From Vicugna vicugna (lineage: Eukaryota): a DNA stretch of 64,000 nucleotides. The position numbers were made by a program, and so were the translations under genes. Where the stretch lies: NCBI GenBank assembly GCA_013265495.1, contig MU058213.1, positions 4,216,001-4,280,000 of the forward strand, given 5' to 3'. Shown one piece after another: positions 1 through 10,514 of the stretch (its first letter is position 1; every line of letters starts with the position of its first letter). The notes under the pieces are model-generated. The model was not told the origin of the DNA. It ran no database searches and saw only the letters and a list, made by a program, of their open reading frames with translations.

Positions 1-1164
1 AATGGCAGTGGTTAAAGATCTGATGACAATTCACTATAAAAATTATGCAGCTGACAAGGGAATTTGGTTATTTCTGTGGCATAAAACATTTAAAATAATA
101 ACTGGAATTATGACTGATAACATTACACCAGAATATATCATATACAGTGAGGGCACTGATAAATCTGATACAATATCTTGAACACTTACACTAACAAAAT
201 TTTATTCATGCAACTATAACCTAGAGAAAGTTAAGGCATCTGATATTTGACAGTGCTTTTCATGCAATGAACATATCAAATAAACCAAATTGGTTTTTGG
301 CATCTCTCCTTTTACAAGATCAAAGAAAAAAATCCTTTGAGATTTTTCAAGTCATCTGAGAAAACTCAAACTCAGTTCAAAATGAAGATTTCGCCCAGGG
401 TTTGATTCTGGGAAGGTAAAATTGTCCCAAATGTCAAAAGGTTTGAATACTTGGCTAAACATTATCCCAGGTTACTGTGAAACAATACTTAGCTATCTAT
501 TTAACCAAAGCAATGATAAAAAGAATTCAAAAGTAAATATGGGTGATAACATGACTATTTAAAAAAAGAGTTAGCTCCTTTAAAAGTGATAAGAACTGGT
601 TGTCTTAAATAATTAAGGACATTATAAAGGTTAGTATAAAGCTCAGGAAATTATGATGATAGGGCAGTATCCTTGTTTCCTAGGGGATGACTTATCAGGT
701 AAAGAAAACTCTCTTACAATCTCTTATTAAGAGCAGACCAATAATCAAAAAAACTTTCTTATTTCAACAGAGAGAAAATCAAATTCTAGTTATACATCAA
801 GGTACTTTTGAAATTAAAGTTTTTTTTTAAACCCTATAAATAAATTTATCCAACCTTAGCCAACTTTGACCACAGGAGATAAGATTCCTTTTCCAAAATT
901 CCTTTCTTGCGAACCTTCTACAACTATTTATATCTGTTCAGATTTTGTCTTATATTTTCCTCCTTTACTTGATGACAAAAATACTATCTTGTTCCCTTAA
1001 CAGAAACCCATCCTACATACGTTGTATACTTTTTTCTTATCAGAAATAAAATCTACTGTCCTTGCATACTTTTCATACAAAGTTGTATCCCTTGATCCTT
1101 ATTGTTTCTAGTAGTTTTATTTACATATATTGATGATAACATTTAACCATTATTAGCCTTTTTA

Positions 1165-1292
1165 ATTTTATTTTGGGGGGGGAGGTAATTAGGTTTGTTT
1201 GTTTGTTTTTAGAGGAGGTATGGGGGATTGAACCCAGGACTCATGCATGCTAAGCATGTGCTCTACCACTTGAGCTATACCTTCCTCCACCT
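1165..1292 (-). mobile_element. Camelid tRNA-derived SINE (vic-1-like)
   Basis: Reverse complement reads GTATAGCTCAAGTGGTAGAGCACATGCTTAGCATGCATGAGTCCTGGGTTCAATCCCC (A/B boxes) followed by AAACCTAATTACCTCCCCCC; same family occurs 5 times in the window. Confidence 0.9.
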
Positions 1293-1517
1293 TTTTTTTT
1301 TTTAAACAGAGCAAACTACAAAGTAAACAGTTGTGAATTGTCTGTCATATACCACCACTCTGCAGCAGACTAGTAAATTTTATGAATATATCCTCTTACA
1401 ATTGTTATAGGTATGGGTTTCCTGATAGTGCAATTTTTCAATGTGTCAAAAAGAAGATGTTTATTAAAAGACTCAAATATATTTAGCCTCTCTGTGCCAT
1501 ATAAAAATAAGAAGCCA

Positions 1518-2166
1518 TACCATATGACCCAGCAATCCCACTCCTGGGCATATATCCAGAGGGAACCTTAATTCACAAAGATAACTGCACCCCAATGTTC
1601 ATAGCAGCACTATTTACAATAGCCAAGACATGGAAACCACCTAAATGTCCATTGACAGATGACTGGATAAAGAAGTTGTGGTATATTTATACAATGGAAT
1701 ACTATTCAGCCTTAAAAAATGATAAAATAATGCCATTTGCAGCATCATGGATGTCCCTAGAGAATGTCATTCTAAGTGAAGTAAGCCAGAAAAAGAAAGA
1801 AAAATATCATATGATATCACTCATATGCGGAATCTAAAAAAAAAAGACAAATGAACTTATATATGAAACAAAACAGACTCACAGACATAGAATACAGACT
1901 TGTGGTTGGCAGCGGGGAGGAGGGTGGGAAAGGATAAACTGGGAGTTCGAGATCTGCAGATACTGACTGGTATATATAAAATAGATAAACAAGTTTATAC
2001 TGTATAGCACAGGGAAATATATTCAATATCTTGTAGCAGCTTATGGTGAAAAAGAATATGAACATGAATATATGTATATCCATGTATGACATTGTGCTGT
2101 ACACCAGATCAGAAATTGACACAACATTGTAAACTGACTATACCTCAATAAAAAAATAAAAATAAG
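1518..2166 (+). mobile_element. Young 5'-truncated L1 (ORF2 C-terminus plus 3'UTR)
   Basis: ORF 1595-1837 MFIAALFTIAKTWK...WYIYTMEYYSA is L1 ORF2 C-terminus; AATAAA and A-rich tail; direct repeat ATAAAAATAAGAAGCCA at 1501-1517 and 2167-2183 (TSD). Confidence 0.95.
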
Positions 2167-3862
2167 ATAAAAATAAGAAGCCAAAAGTATATAAACTTAA
2201 ACTTGTGCTTAGTAATTTAAGGTTTAGTAGTCTCCCCTTACTTAGAAGTGATCTAGATATTCAATGACTGTCTATTACTTAGCACTTAACTCTAAGGTTG
2301 CAAGTTACAAAAAGATTTTGGAAACTATTTTTAGGCACATTATAACATTAAAGAAAGCTGGACATCATCTCATTATTTCCCTGTTAACTATTTTCACAGC
2401 ACATGCATGTTAGGCAGGCATCCAAAAAAATGACAAAAGCAAAGAAAGGTAAAAAAATCAAATACAAAATATATGTTAGTATTATACTTAATGCTGATAG
2501 CTCAGAATACAGCTGTTTTTATTAAGCCAATGATATTAAACTAGTCTTATTTACCTAAGATTTTCCTAAATCACATAAACTTGAAAAGCATTTGGGTTAG
2601 CTTCTATATTTCTGAGAATTTAAGCAATATTTAATACCTATAATAACTTATTTATCTCTAAGTCAATCAGAATAGAGCTCCTTTTTGAGATTTTATAAAT
2701 TAATTTGGTAATATCTTCCAGAAGTAGAAAAATATCACATATATATGAAACATGCAGACATAAACATACAGACAGACGCAAATGTCGACCATAAAGTTTC
2801 ATTCTAAAATTTTAGCCATGAGTCAGGTAAACACAGTAATATAAAAACTCAGTGGTTTATATAAAATAGTTGGCTCTTACCTTTGCTCCACTTTATATTT
2901 TTTATCCAAATTTTATTTCTGGGTAACAACAGTGACAGATGGAACAAGTTACGCTTATCTGCTCAATATGAGGGCAAAGGCTCTTTTTGTGGAGGAGATT
3001 TAAAGATACTCTTTTATCTTGATGTGCAGTTTCTTTTGGAGGGTCTCCAAGTCTCTTGAGAGTCCTCAATGGGGACAGAGGACCTAAAGTTCAAGTGACT
3101 CTAAGGAAATGAGAGGCTGAAATGGGAAGGGAAAGTCTCGCAGGAGTGGATAGAGAGAGATGAAGGAAGTAGGGGCTTGGAGGCAGTTTTTATCAAATGA
3201 TTCAAGGGAGCTGAAGGGAAGACTGAAGATAGTAAAAAAGGAGAAAGGAGGAATAGATGCAATAGTAAAGGAGAGGTCTTAAAGGAATCAGTTTGGGGAA
3301 GTCACTGAAGTTCTAAGTTATCCTTAGTAAAGCCATTCCTACAAGAAAGGAGGTGGACATAGCTAGTGCTGCAGTGGTGGAGCTTATAGTCAGCAGGAAT
3401 ACGAGAAGGGGGTTTCAGTCTATGCGAAGTCCCTGTGTTCTTAACTAGCAGTGCCTTGTAAACAAAGGGGCCTGGGACCTGGGACTCCAACCCTGCTTCC
3501 AGAGTAGAGGTCCCCCAAAAAGCCAAGAATTTTCCACTCAAGGGTCAGGGAGTATGTATCTTTACTCAAAAAGATCCAAGAAGACTTCCACCCAGGAATA
3601 TCCTTGCTTAAACAGATACCTTTCAACCAAAGACTCCTGAGCCTCTAGCCCAGCCTCAGAAAGTATACTCAGAATCTTAAAAATCAAAGTCCGTCCTTCT
3701 CATGCTTCAACAGACTGCTGTCCAGAGCACTGGCTCAGGAATCGCACTTACCAATGAATCTTGAGTCACTCAGGAATGAAACAAAGGCTTCAAAAGTGCA
3801 TGCCTAGGGTTCTGGGTGAAATGTCCAGAGGTCCATGATGAATTTGATCCTGTCTGCATCAC

Positions 3863-4322
3863 TGTTAAAGAAAAAAATTATTCAGACACTTACTAAATCA
3901 GTAAGAAAGACTTTATTCAGGACTATGGCAGTAAGAATACTGCAGTAGGGGAGAGATTACAGCAAAGACAGCCAAGGATTTACAGCCAAGGATTTACAGC
4001 CAATGAACAGAGTGGGGGAGTCAATGGATGGAAGATTACTAAGAGGAGACATCAAAGGTAAGGGGCTTCTTACTACATCAACTTAATAGGATTCTCGCTG
4101 TATGTAGGCCAAGGTGATCAGATACCAAGAGTGGGAAATGAGAAATTTGATCAGACACTGAGGGTATTCAAGATATCAAAAATAGCAGGATTCTTACTAA
4201 ACTGGCTTAGAAGGATTCTTGCTAACACTGGGCTAGACAGGACGTGGGTCAAGGTCGAGACCTAGCAGAGAAGAAGGCTCTGAGGATCCAGACTAAAGTT
4301 TGGTCAAGGAGAAGGTCTGTCA
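3863..4322 (-). mobile_element. ERV1 LTR, MER31/MER67-like
   Basis: Minus strand starts TGACAGACCTTCTCCTTGACCAAACTTTAGTC and ends ...TTTAACA (TG...CA termini), with AATAAA near the 3' end. Confidence 0.8.
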
Positions 4323-4396
4323 CGTCCATCACTAGTACTACATACTTTTACAGAGAGTGACCCAGATACGAAAAGGTAAGAGTGGAAAGGAAAGAA

Positions 4397-4476
4397 GGAA
4401 GGAAGGAAGGAAGGAAGGAAGGAAGGAAGGAAGGAAGGAAGGAAGGAAGGAAGGAAGGAAGGAAGGAAGGAAGGAA
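4397..4476 (+). repeat. (GGAA)20 microsatellite
   Basis: 20 consecutive GGAA units. Confidence 0.98.
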
Positions 4477-4677
4477 AGGTTTGTAAAATTGCCTGCAAAC
4501 TCAGGCTATCCTGAGTGCTGCCACATACTTGGGAGGTAGGAGATAAATTTGATCTTTTGAAACAGCCAATAGGGTTTTAGGGCCAAGTCTTAAAAATAAG
4601 GAGGGGATCAATCCAATTGAGTAACACAGCTATGACTATAAAGCAATGAGCTGCTGGTTCCTGTGTACTTCATGAAG

Positions 4678-4830
4678 AGGGTGACCAAACAGCCCATTTT
4701 GCCTGGCACACTCTCAGTTCTAGGACTGAAAATCTCCCCAGGAAAGTTTACCCAAGGCTGTCTCAGTTTTAAAACTGAAAGTCCTGGGAAACCCTTCAGT
4801 CCTGGACAAACTGAGACAATTGGTAACCCT
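4678..4830. mobile_element. hAT-Blackjack MITE (MER94/MER81-like)
   Basis: Terminal inverted repeats AGGGTGACCA...TGGTAACCCT. Confidence 0.75.
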
Positions 4831-5109
4831 ATTTGTAAAAAGAGCTCTGAAGGTACTTCCAAACAAGAAGTTCCCAAATAATTTGACTCATGGCACATGA
4901 TGAGCTAGGTAAATGGCTTTCAATTTAAGAATTGTTAAAAAAAAAAAGGAACTTAATTGACTTAGTCACATATTATATATGAAAATAAATATTAATCCTA
5001 ACTCCTAAACAAAATTTATACTGGGAAAAAAGATATTCAAATTTGTTATTCATTCATCTGTAAGCTACAATAAATGTAGTTACTATGTATAGTAACCAAA
5101 GTGTATGTT

Positions 5110-5140
5110 TGTGTGTGTGTGTGTGTGTGCGCACGCGCGT
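5110..5140 (+). repeat. (TG)n microsatellite with an alternating purine-pyrimidine CG extension
   Basis: TGTGTG...TGCGCACGCGCGT. Confidence 0.95.
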
Positions 5141-6169
5141 GGTCTTCCATGGGAAAGCAATCTTCTCTAAACACTTATCCTCTTCTCTAAACCTTAATTC
5201 GTCTGTCTTTTCACTCATTTTCCCAGGGGATGTGTCGTTCCTTTTGAAGGCTTTTTCCCCCCAAGTCTGAAGATGCATGAAAAAGATTAAATGGCAAAAT
5301 TTTGCTTAGAAAGCTCTGCTATTGCTGCTGCTTTGATCAATCAAAACACCTTATGGTGACATTAGTTTACTCTTTTAAAATCTATTTTACATGTTCTTAC
5401 ATTTGTGTGAGGACCTCCCTCCCTAAGAAGCGGGGACCAGGCAGGCTGGGAGGAGACTGGGTAGTTAGGAGCCTGGGATGTGGCTGAGGCTCACTGGAGA
5501 TAAACAGACGGAGATTCAAGAGGAAGCAACTTTGGGAGAGGCTGAATTTAAAACCACTTAATGCCAAAGTATTCAACTATGAGGAAAAACTGGGAAAGCC
5601 ATTGAAAACAAGCAAGTTAGAAATAGAGCACAGAGGTAGAAGCTTAAAATTTTTAAGGCTGTTTTCTTGATTTTTTAATAGGGTGCCAGCAGCTTCAGCC
5701 TGTTGATGGTGAAAGTTTTAACCATGATTTTTGCTCGTCCTCCACTGCACACTCCACTAGATACTAGATTGTGTCGTCCAGTTTGCTGAAAAAACTTTAC
5801 ATGTGCAGGTGGATTCTGAATGGGGGAATTTCATGTGTCTGCTTCTCTAACTGGCATCCTTTCTAATGGACAAAGTAGCAGAGTTGGCTGTGACAATTCT
5901 GGGAATCCAGAACCTTTCGTAAGATAAGTTGGTTCTTCTAACTCAGTTGTCAGAGTAAATTGATGGGTTTCTGAGTTGAGAGCAGGGCCTCAGTAAACTG
6001 GGCTTGTAGAAACTGGTGGAAACAGACTTCATCTTTACTTTTAGTAAGAAAGAAAGAGCAGCCAGAAGACCGTATGACAGTTTCCCATCATCACATTCAC
6101 GAATTTTTGCCTTTCCTCCCATGATGATGGAATAACTGTCCTGTAGTGTGGATCCTCTTAGACATCATG

Positions 6170-6865
6170 ACTTGAGCCCTGGATCCTCTTACTCATTCAA
6201 AGACTTTCCAACATCCACTCTCTCCAGCATTTCCATATCTCCCCTATTAGAAAAATCCCATCAGCATATAAACATGCTATAATATCTCATATCTCAAAAT
6301 AATCCTGTCCTCCTTGTAATCTATGGCCTCCTCCAAATATCCACACCTGCCTCTCACGTCCACTTGCATCACCATTTCTAAAATGAGTTGTCAATTCTCA
6401 GTGTCTCCACTGCCTCACTTCATAGTCTCTTTTCAGTCTTCTCAAATCATGTTTTCCTCACTACACCTCTAGTGAAGCCACTCTTCTCAGGATTACCAAT
6501 GAGCTCCATCTCTCCAAATCCTCTGAACAATTCCCAGTCCTCTCACTTGACCTCTCAGCATCATTTGACTCAGTCAACTACTTGATTTCTCCGTCAATAT
6601 ACCACCTCGTTCTTCCTCCTTACATCCCTGGCTAGCTTCTTTGTCCACTAGCTCCTTCCTTTTATGCCCAATTTTTAAATTTGTTTAAACTGCTTCTGTT
6701 CTTAAATACATTCACTCACTTATCCAGTCCTGTGGCTTTAATTTCTGTCTCCCTGTCAATAACTCCCAGGTCCACACATCCTCCAGCTCTGACATATCCG
6801 CTGAGCTCCAGATTTAACGTTAGATGTCTAATAAGCACTTCAAGCTCAACATTTTAAAGTAGAAC
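6170..6865 (+). mobile_element. L2 (LINE-2) ORF2 fragment nested in the Gypsy fossil
   Basis: Contains CTTGACCTCTCAGCATCATTTGACTCAGTCAAC (LDLSAAFDTVDH-type RT motif remnant); pyrimidine-rich L2-like sequence. Confidence 0.8.
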
Positions 6866-6869
6866 TTGA

Positions 6870-7220
6870 TCTCATATGTAAAACTCTCAACTCCAGAGGT
6901 GTTTGGTATCAGCACTCCAGGTGATGGTATCAGCAGGTGGGCCTGTAGGAGATGTTTAAGCCTTGAGGATGGAACACTCATGAATAGGCTTAGTGCCTTT
7001 ATAAAAGAGGTCCAGAGAGACCCCCTATCTTCTGCCATGAGAGGATACAGCAAGAAGGCGCTAGCTTTGAACCAGAAAGAGGGCCCTCACCAGAAGATGA
7101 CCATGCTGGCACCATGATCTCAGACTTCTAGCCTCTGGAACCACGAGCAATAAATTTCTGTTGTGTGTAAGAAACTCAGTCTGTAGTATTTTGTTAGAGC
7201 AGCCAGAATGGACTAAGACA
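6870..7220 (+). mobile_element. MaLR LTR (MLT1A-like)
   Basis: Typical 3' end CAATAAATTTCTGTTGT...GTATTTTGTTAGAGCAGCCAGAATGGACTAAGACA. Confidence 0.85.
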
Positions 7221-9477
7221 GTCCAGTAGCTCAGGATATCAACTTAAACCATTTTATTCTTCTTACTTAGATATAATAAAAATCCAATTGTGTCTGATTA
7301 TCTATTGGTGATGGCTAAGGCGGCACTGGATGTCTTCAAATTCCCAGCAAGATGATTTGCAGCATTGGTAATGTAGTCTTCCCTTAGGGTTCTATGGCTT
7401 CCAGGATTGAGTGTGAAATGGTAAACCCAAAGAGCTTCAAAAAGGTTACCTTGAAGCAAACTGAGCTTCTGAACCTATCTTAGTCACTCTAGCCTCTTTG
7501 ACAAAGTGATTCTTGTTCCCAAGGAGGATAAGCAATTGAATTTTTCCAAAAGTCAATTTCCCAGAGAAGGAAACCCAAGGTGTGGAGGCATAAGGGCTGG
7601 GTCCTCGTGGGGTCTAATGTTTCCCATCTGTATGGTTGGAGACATTCATGTGGGTTGGACTGGGTCAGGTAGGTTAAAGGAAAGTTGGAAAAACTTAAGT
7701 AAGAATTATTGGAAGGTTCCATCTGCCTCTGTGCACCCCCAAAAATAAAAGCCCCCTTCCCTTTTGAGAATGTCAGTTATTATAACAGCCAAGGAGAAGA
7801 AATGTGCAATGAGTTTTGTAATAAATTCTAGGAATTGCTAAACATATTCGATGAGCCATGGTGATCCTAACTCTAGGATCATAAGCCCTTGAAGTATAAT
7901 ACAGGTATCTTGACTTTGAAGAATACAGTCCAGGAATTCCTCCATTTTCTTGGACATGTACTTTCCAGAATTGGCCTGCAGGTGGTGCTGTAGCCCACAG
8001 AGGACTGCATGGACAAAAGACTGATGGGATGTTGGAGGAAGATAAGTGTATTAGAAATTTGTCCAGTTAGATCTGGCCTCCTTGAACCCAGATGTGGTTC
8101 ATGCAGCACAAGAATATAAGTAGGGCACTGCACAAACAAAATGACATCAAAATTTGCAAGACTGCCCCTCTTCCATTGATCTCCAGCTCTCAGACCAGTA
8201 GGCTGGAATAGCTACAACCTCCTCCACACCCAAGCAGGTGATAAGAGAAAAACTGCCTTCCAGATAAGCACCGAATGACCTTCCTATGTGAGGTTGCTAG
8301 TGCCTTTGAGGAAAGGGCATCTATGAGTTAAGTGGACAATTCTGTCCTGATGCTGACTCCTAGGCTCAATAGATCAGGTCAGCATCCCCACCCCAACCCT
8401 TGCCATGTACTCCACCTCTGCTAAAGCTTATGAATATAGCTGCTGTTCATAAGTGGCTTGGCAAGAAGCCAAACATATTCATAGTGGAGTCACAAATTCA
8501 TTCACTGTGCACTTACATGTGCAAAGAAAATGCAGCTTTATTTCTCCATAACTCATCTGCTCATCCATGGGAAACTGGGGAAAGGAACCCTAAATTTATC
8601 CCATTCAGTTAAACTTAGTTCAGTTTAGTAGTTCAGACCACTCTTTTATGTTAACTCTCTTTAATTTCTTTAGAGAAAATGTTAAGTATTTCTAATTTTC
8701 TCTCCATCTTTTCATTCTCCTTAAAGAAAGTGTCTGTGTGTTTTGGAGTCCATAAGAGTTTAAATGACCCATGACAGCAGGGATGGTATTATCTGGATCT
8801 TCACTGGTGGATAGTGGAGTGGCTGGATTTTCTGTTCTCTGGTAACCAGTGAAGTGAAGTTTTTTTGGTGTGGCTTTTTTAGATGAAATACTACCTATCT
8901 TTGAAATGTGTAGTTCTGGCCTTCTCAAAGTGCGTACTCGGCTAAGTCTTTGTTTTAACTAGAGCCCTCTGACATACCTCTGTGCTCCCAAGACCTCTGT
9001 GTCTCATCAGAACACATGGGACTTGCTAGGTCACTTGTACACAGGTCATGCAGGTCCTGGAGGGACGGCTCAAGTTCATCTATCAACACACTTCCCACTA
9101 CACCTCCTCACCAGCACTGCTTGCCAAGACTCTGGCCCCTAGCCTTGCCTCTTCTTTGTCTTCCTTATTTCTTCCATAGTCCCTTAGAACTGGAAGGCGC
9201 AGTCTTTAGGCAATTCATTTGTTCATGTAATGTCTCCCTCGTAGGCTACAGCAGTGAGCCTCATGGCCTAGCTTTCACAGGTGGAAAGAATATTTTCTCT
9301 AAACTTATGAAAAAACACTGATTTCAGTTTCCCCATCTAGTTCTAGATATGCCTTAAGTATGAATTTAGAAAATTCTGGAGAAAGTCTAATTTTAATTCT
9401 TGATACAGAATCCATACAAAATATAATCAAAGCGCCAAAAGTCAGAAATTACTCTGTTGTTCAGATCTACACACACT

Positions 9478-9660
9478 GCCCAATTTAACTTTAAACTGAA
9501 AATAACTAAAATTAATTAAAACTGCGAAATTCAGGTCTTCAGTCAGACTAGCCACATTTCAAGTTCTCGGTAGCCACGTGTGGCTAGTGGCCACTATACT
9601 GGACACAAAGATATAGAACATTAACATCACTGCAGAAATTTCTATTGGACAGCTCTTCTA
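9478..9660. mobile_element. hAT-Charlie MITE (MER3/MER33-like), partial, inserted in the gag remnant
   Basis: ACTAGCCACATTTCAAGT...GTGGCTAGTGGC...CTATTGGACAGC core, adjacent TCTAGA target-like sequence. Confidence 0.8.
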
Positions 9661-9872
9661 GAACTGTACCTCTCCCTTTCCTGAAGCACTAAAGTGCGTT
9701 TTTTAGATGGAAGTTTCCCATTAGAATAAATTTTTCAGGATACGGCACTATATCTAAAAAACTAGTTTTAAATAATTACTCCTAATGGTTGTTGCCCTGG
9801 GCTCCTAAGAAACTGAGTTAATCAATAAGCCCCACCCACTTCTCCAAGGATAAGCAATGTTCTGTTTCTCCT

Positions 9873-10048
9873 GAAGAGAGGCTACATAGTGTGTACAGCC
9901 TAGTGCAAACTAAAAATTTTGAAATATTTTTCAAAGGCTGTTTAAAATTTCAAGACAGCAATAGCAGAATATTAATCCAAGTACTGACTCTTCTGAGTGT
10001 GGGGCCCAGGGTAACTGCACAGGTCTCACGCCTATGAAGCTGTCTTTG
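9873..10048 (-). mobile_element. hAT-Tip100 MITE (MER45A-like) inserted in the gag remnant
   Basis: Minus strand GCTTCATAGGCGTGAGACCTGTGCAG...GGGCCCCACACTCAGAAG...TTTGCACTAGGC...TATGTAGCC follows the recalled MER45A consensus. Confidence 0.8.
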
Positions 10049-10172
10049 TTGCAAGATAATCGCACCAGAAAGAGAAATCAAGGCAGATCTGTGGGCTCTC
10101 TGGGGAATTTACTCAGAGTGGCAATGCCAGGACCCTCAGCTGCGCTCAAGATGGCCAACCTCAGAGGTTAAC

Positions 10173-10376
10173 TCAGACAACTGCCCAGGGAATGCCTGTG
10201 GCTGGAGGGAGCCACCTAGCCAGAAGGAAGTGACAGGAAATATGGGCCCCCACATGTTGTATTGGAAAGCCCAATGCTGGAAGACCTGGGCATGCCAGCT
10301 GCTTCCAGCTGGGTATGTTTCCATCAAAGCCGGGAGCATGCCCAGCCAGGAAGGCTGAGATCTGCAGGGCAATCAT
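10173..10376 (-). other. 67-codon ORF (MIALQISAFLAGHAPGFDGN...WAVV) at the start of the gag-like region, about 10 nt after a strong acceptor
   Basis: ATG at 10376-10374 with A at -3; acceptor CCTTTCCCCTGTCCTCCAG/CAG (exon start 10387 or 10384); first ~14 residues resemble the LDOC1/RTL N-terminus; translation unproven. Confidence 0.3.
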
Positions 10377-10514
10377 TTTAGAAACTGCTGGAGGACAGGG
10401 GAAAGGCAGTGCCACGGGAACTTCAGCACAGCCAAGGATGTCAGTGTTCCCCACTGGACTATGGACATAAACAGAGCATGGTGTTGAGGAGCTCCTGCCT
10501 GGGGCAGGGCTTAC

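Larger units (their letters stand above)
1..3862 (-). mobile_element. ERV1-class (MER4-group, MER31/MER67-int-like) internal sequence, interrupted by a SINE and an L1 3' fragment
   Basis: AT-rich sequence contiguous with the 3' end of the minus-strand LTR at 3863-4322; resembles non-autonomous MER4-group internal regions (recalled); no long ORF. Confidence 0.6.
5780..10387 (-). pseudogene. Fossil Ty3/Gypsy chromovirus-type (sushi-ichi/RTL-like) gag-pol, fragmented
   Basis: Minus-strand translation gives ordered motif remnants: gag KFPREPTDLP*FL (~10070-10115) and NAL*CFRKGRGTV (~9662-9702); protease-like GHLNSYG (~8748-8770) and SFPQFP (~8569-8587); RT RAGDQWK (8167-8190), LMSFCLCSA (~8124-8150), *LDKFLIH (8046-8069), QFLEFITKLIAHFFSLAVIITDILKREGGFYFWG (~7735-7837); RNase H YPPWEQESL (~7505-7530) and FLKLFGFTISH/NPGS (~7395-7445); chromodomain KVLDSQNCHSQLCYFVH*KGCQLEKQTHE (from 5916). 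Confidence 0.85.

Noticed and set aside
4304..4539. ORFs with (PSFL)n and (KEGR)n
   Set aside because: Translations of the GGAA microsatellite
5079..5096. Inverted repeat GTTACTAT-GT-ATAGTAAC
   Set aside because: An 8-bp stem in AT-rich DNA is expected by chance in 64 kb
8977..9080. Possible minus-strand coding exon DELEPSLQDLHDLCTSDLASPMCSDETQRSWEHR ending GAG|GTATGT
   Set aside because: Lies inside the gag remnant with an in-frame stop just upstream and no identifiable downstream partner exon
5780..10387. Assigning a named gene symbol (RTL1/3/4/9, PEG10, LDOC1) to the fossil
   Set aside because: Reading frames are destroyed and the remnants do not match any of those proteins closely as I recall them; orthology needs synteny
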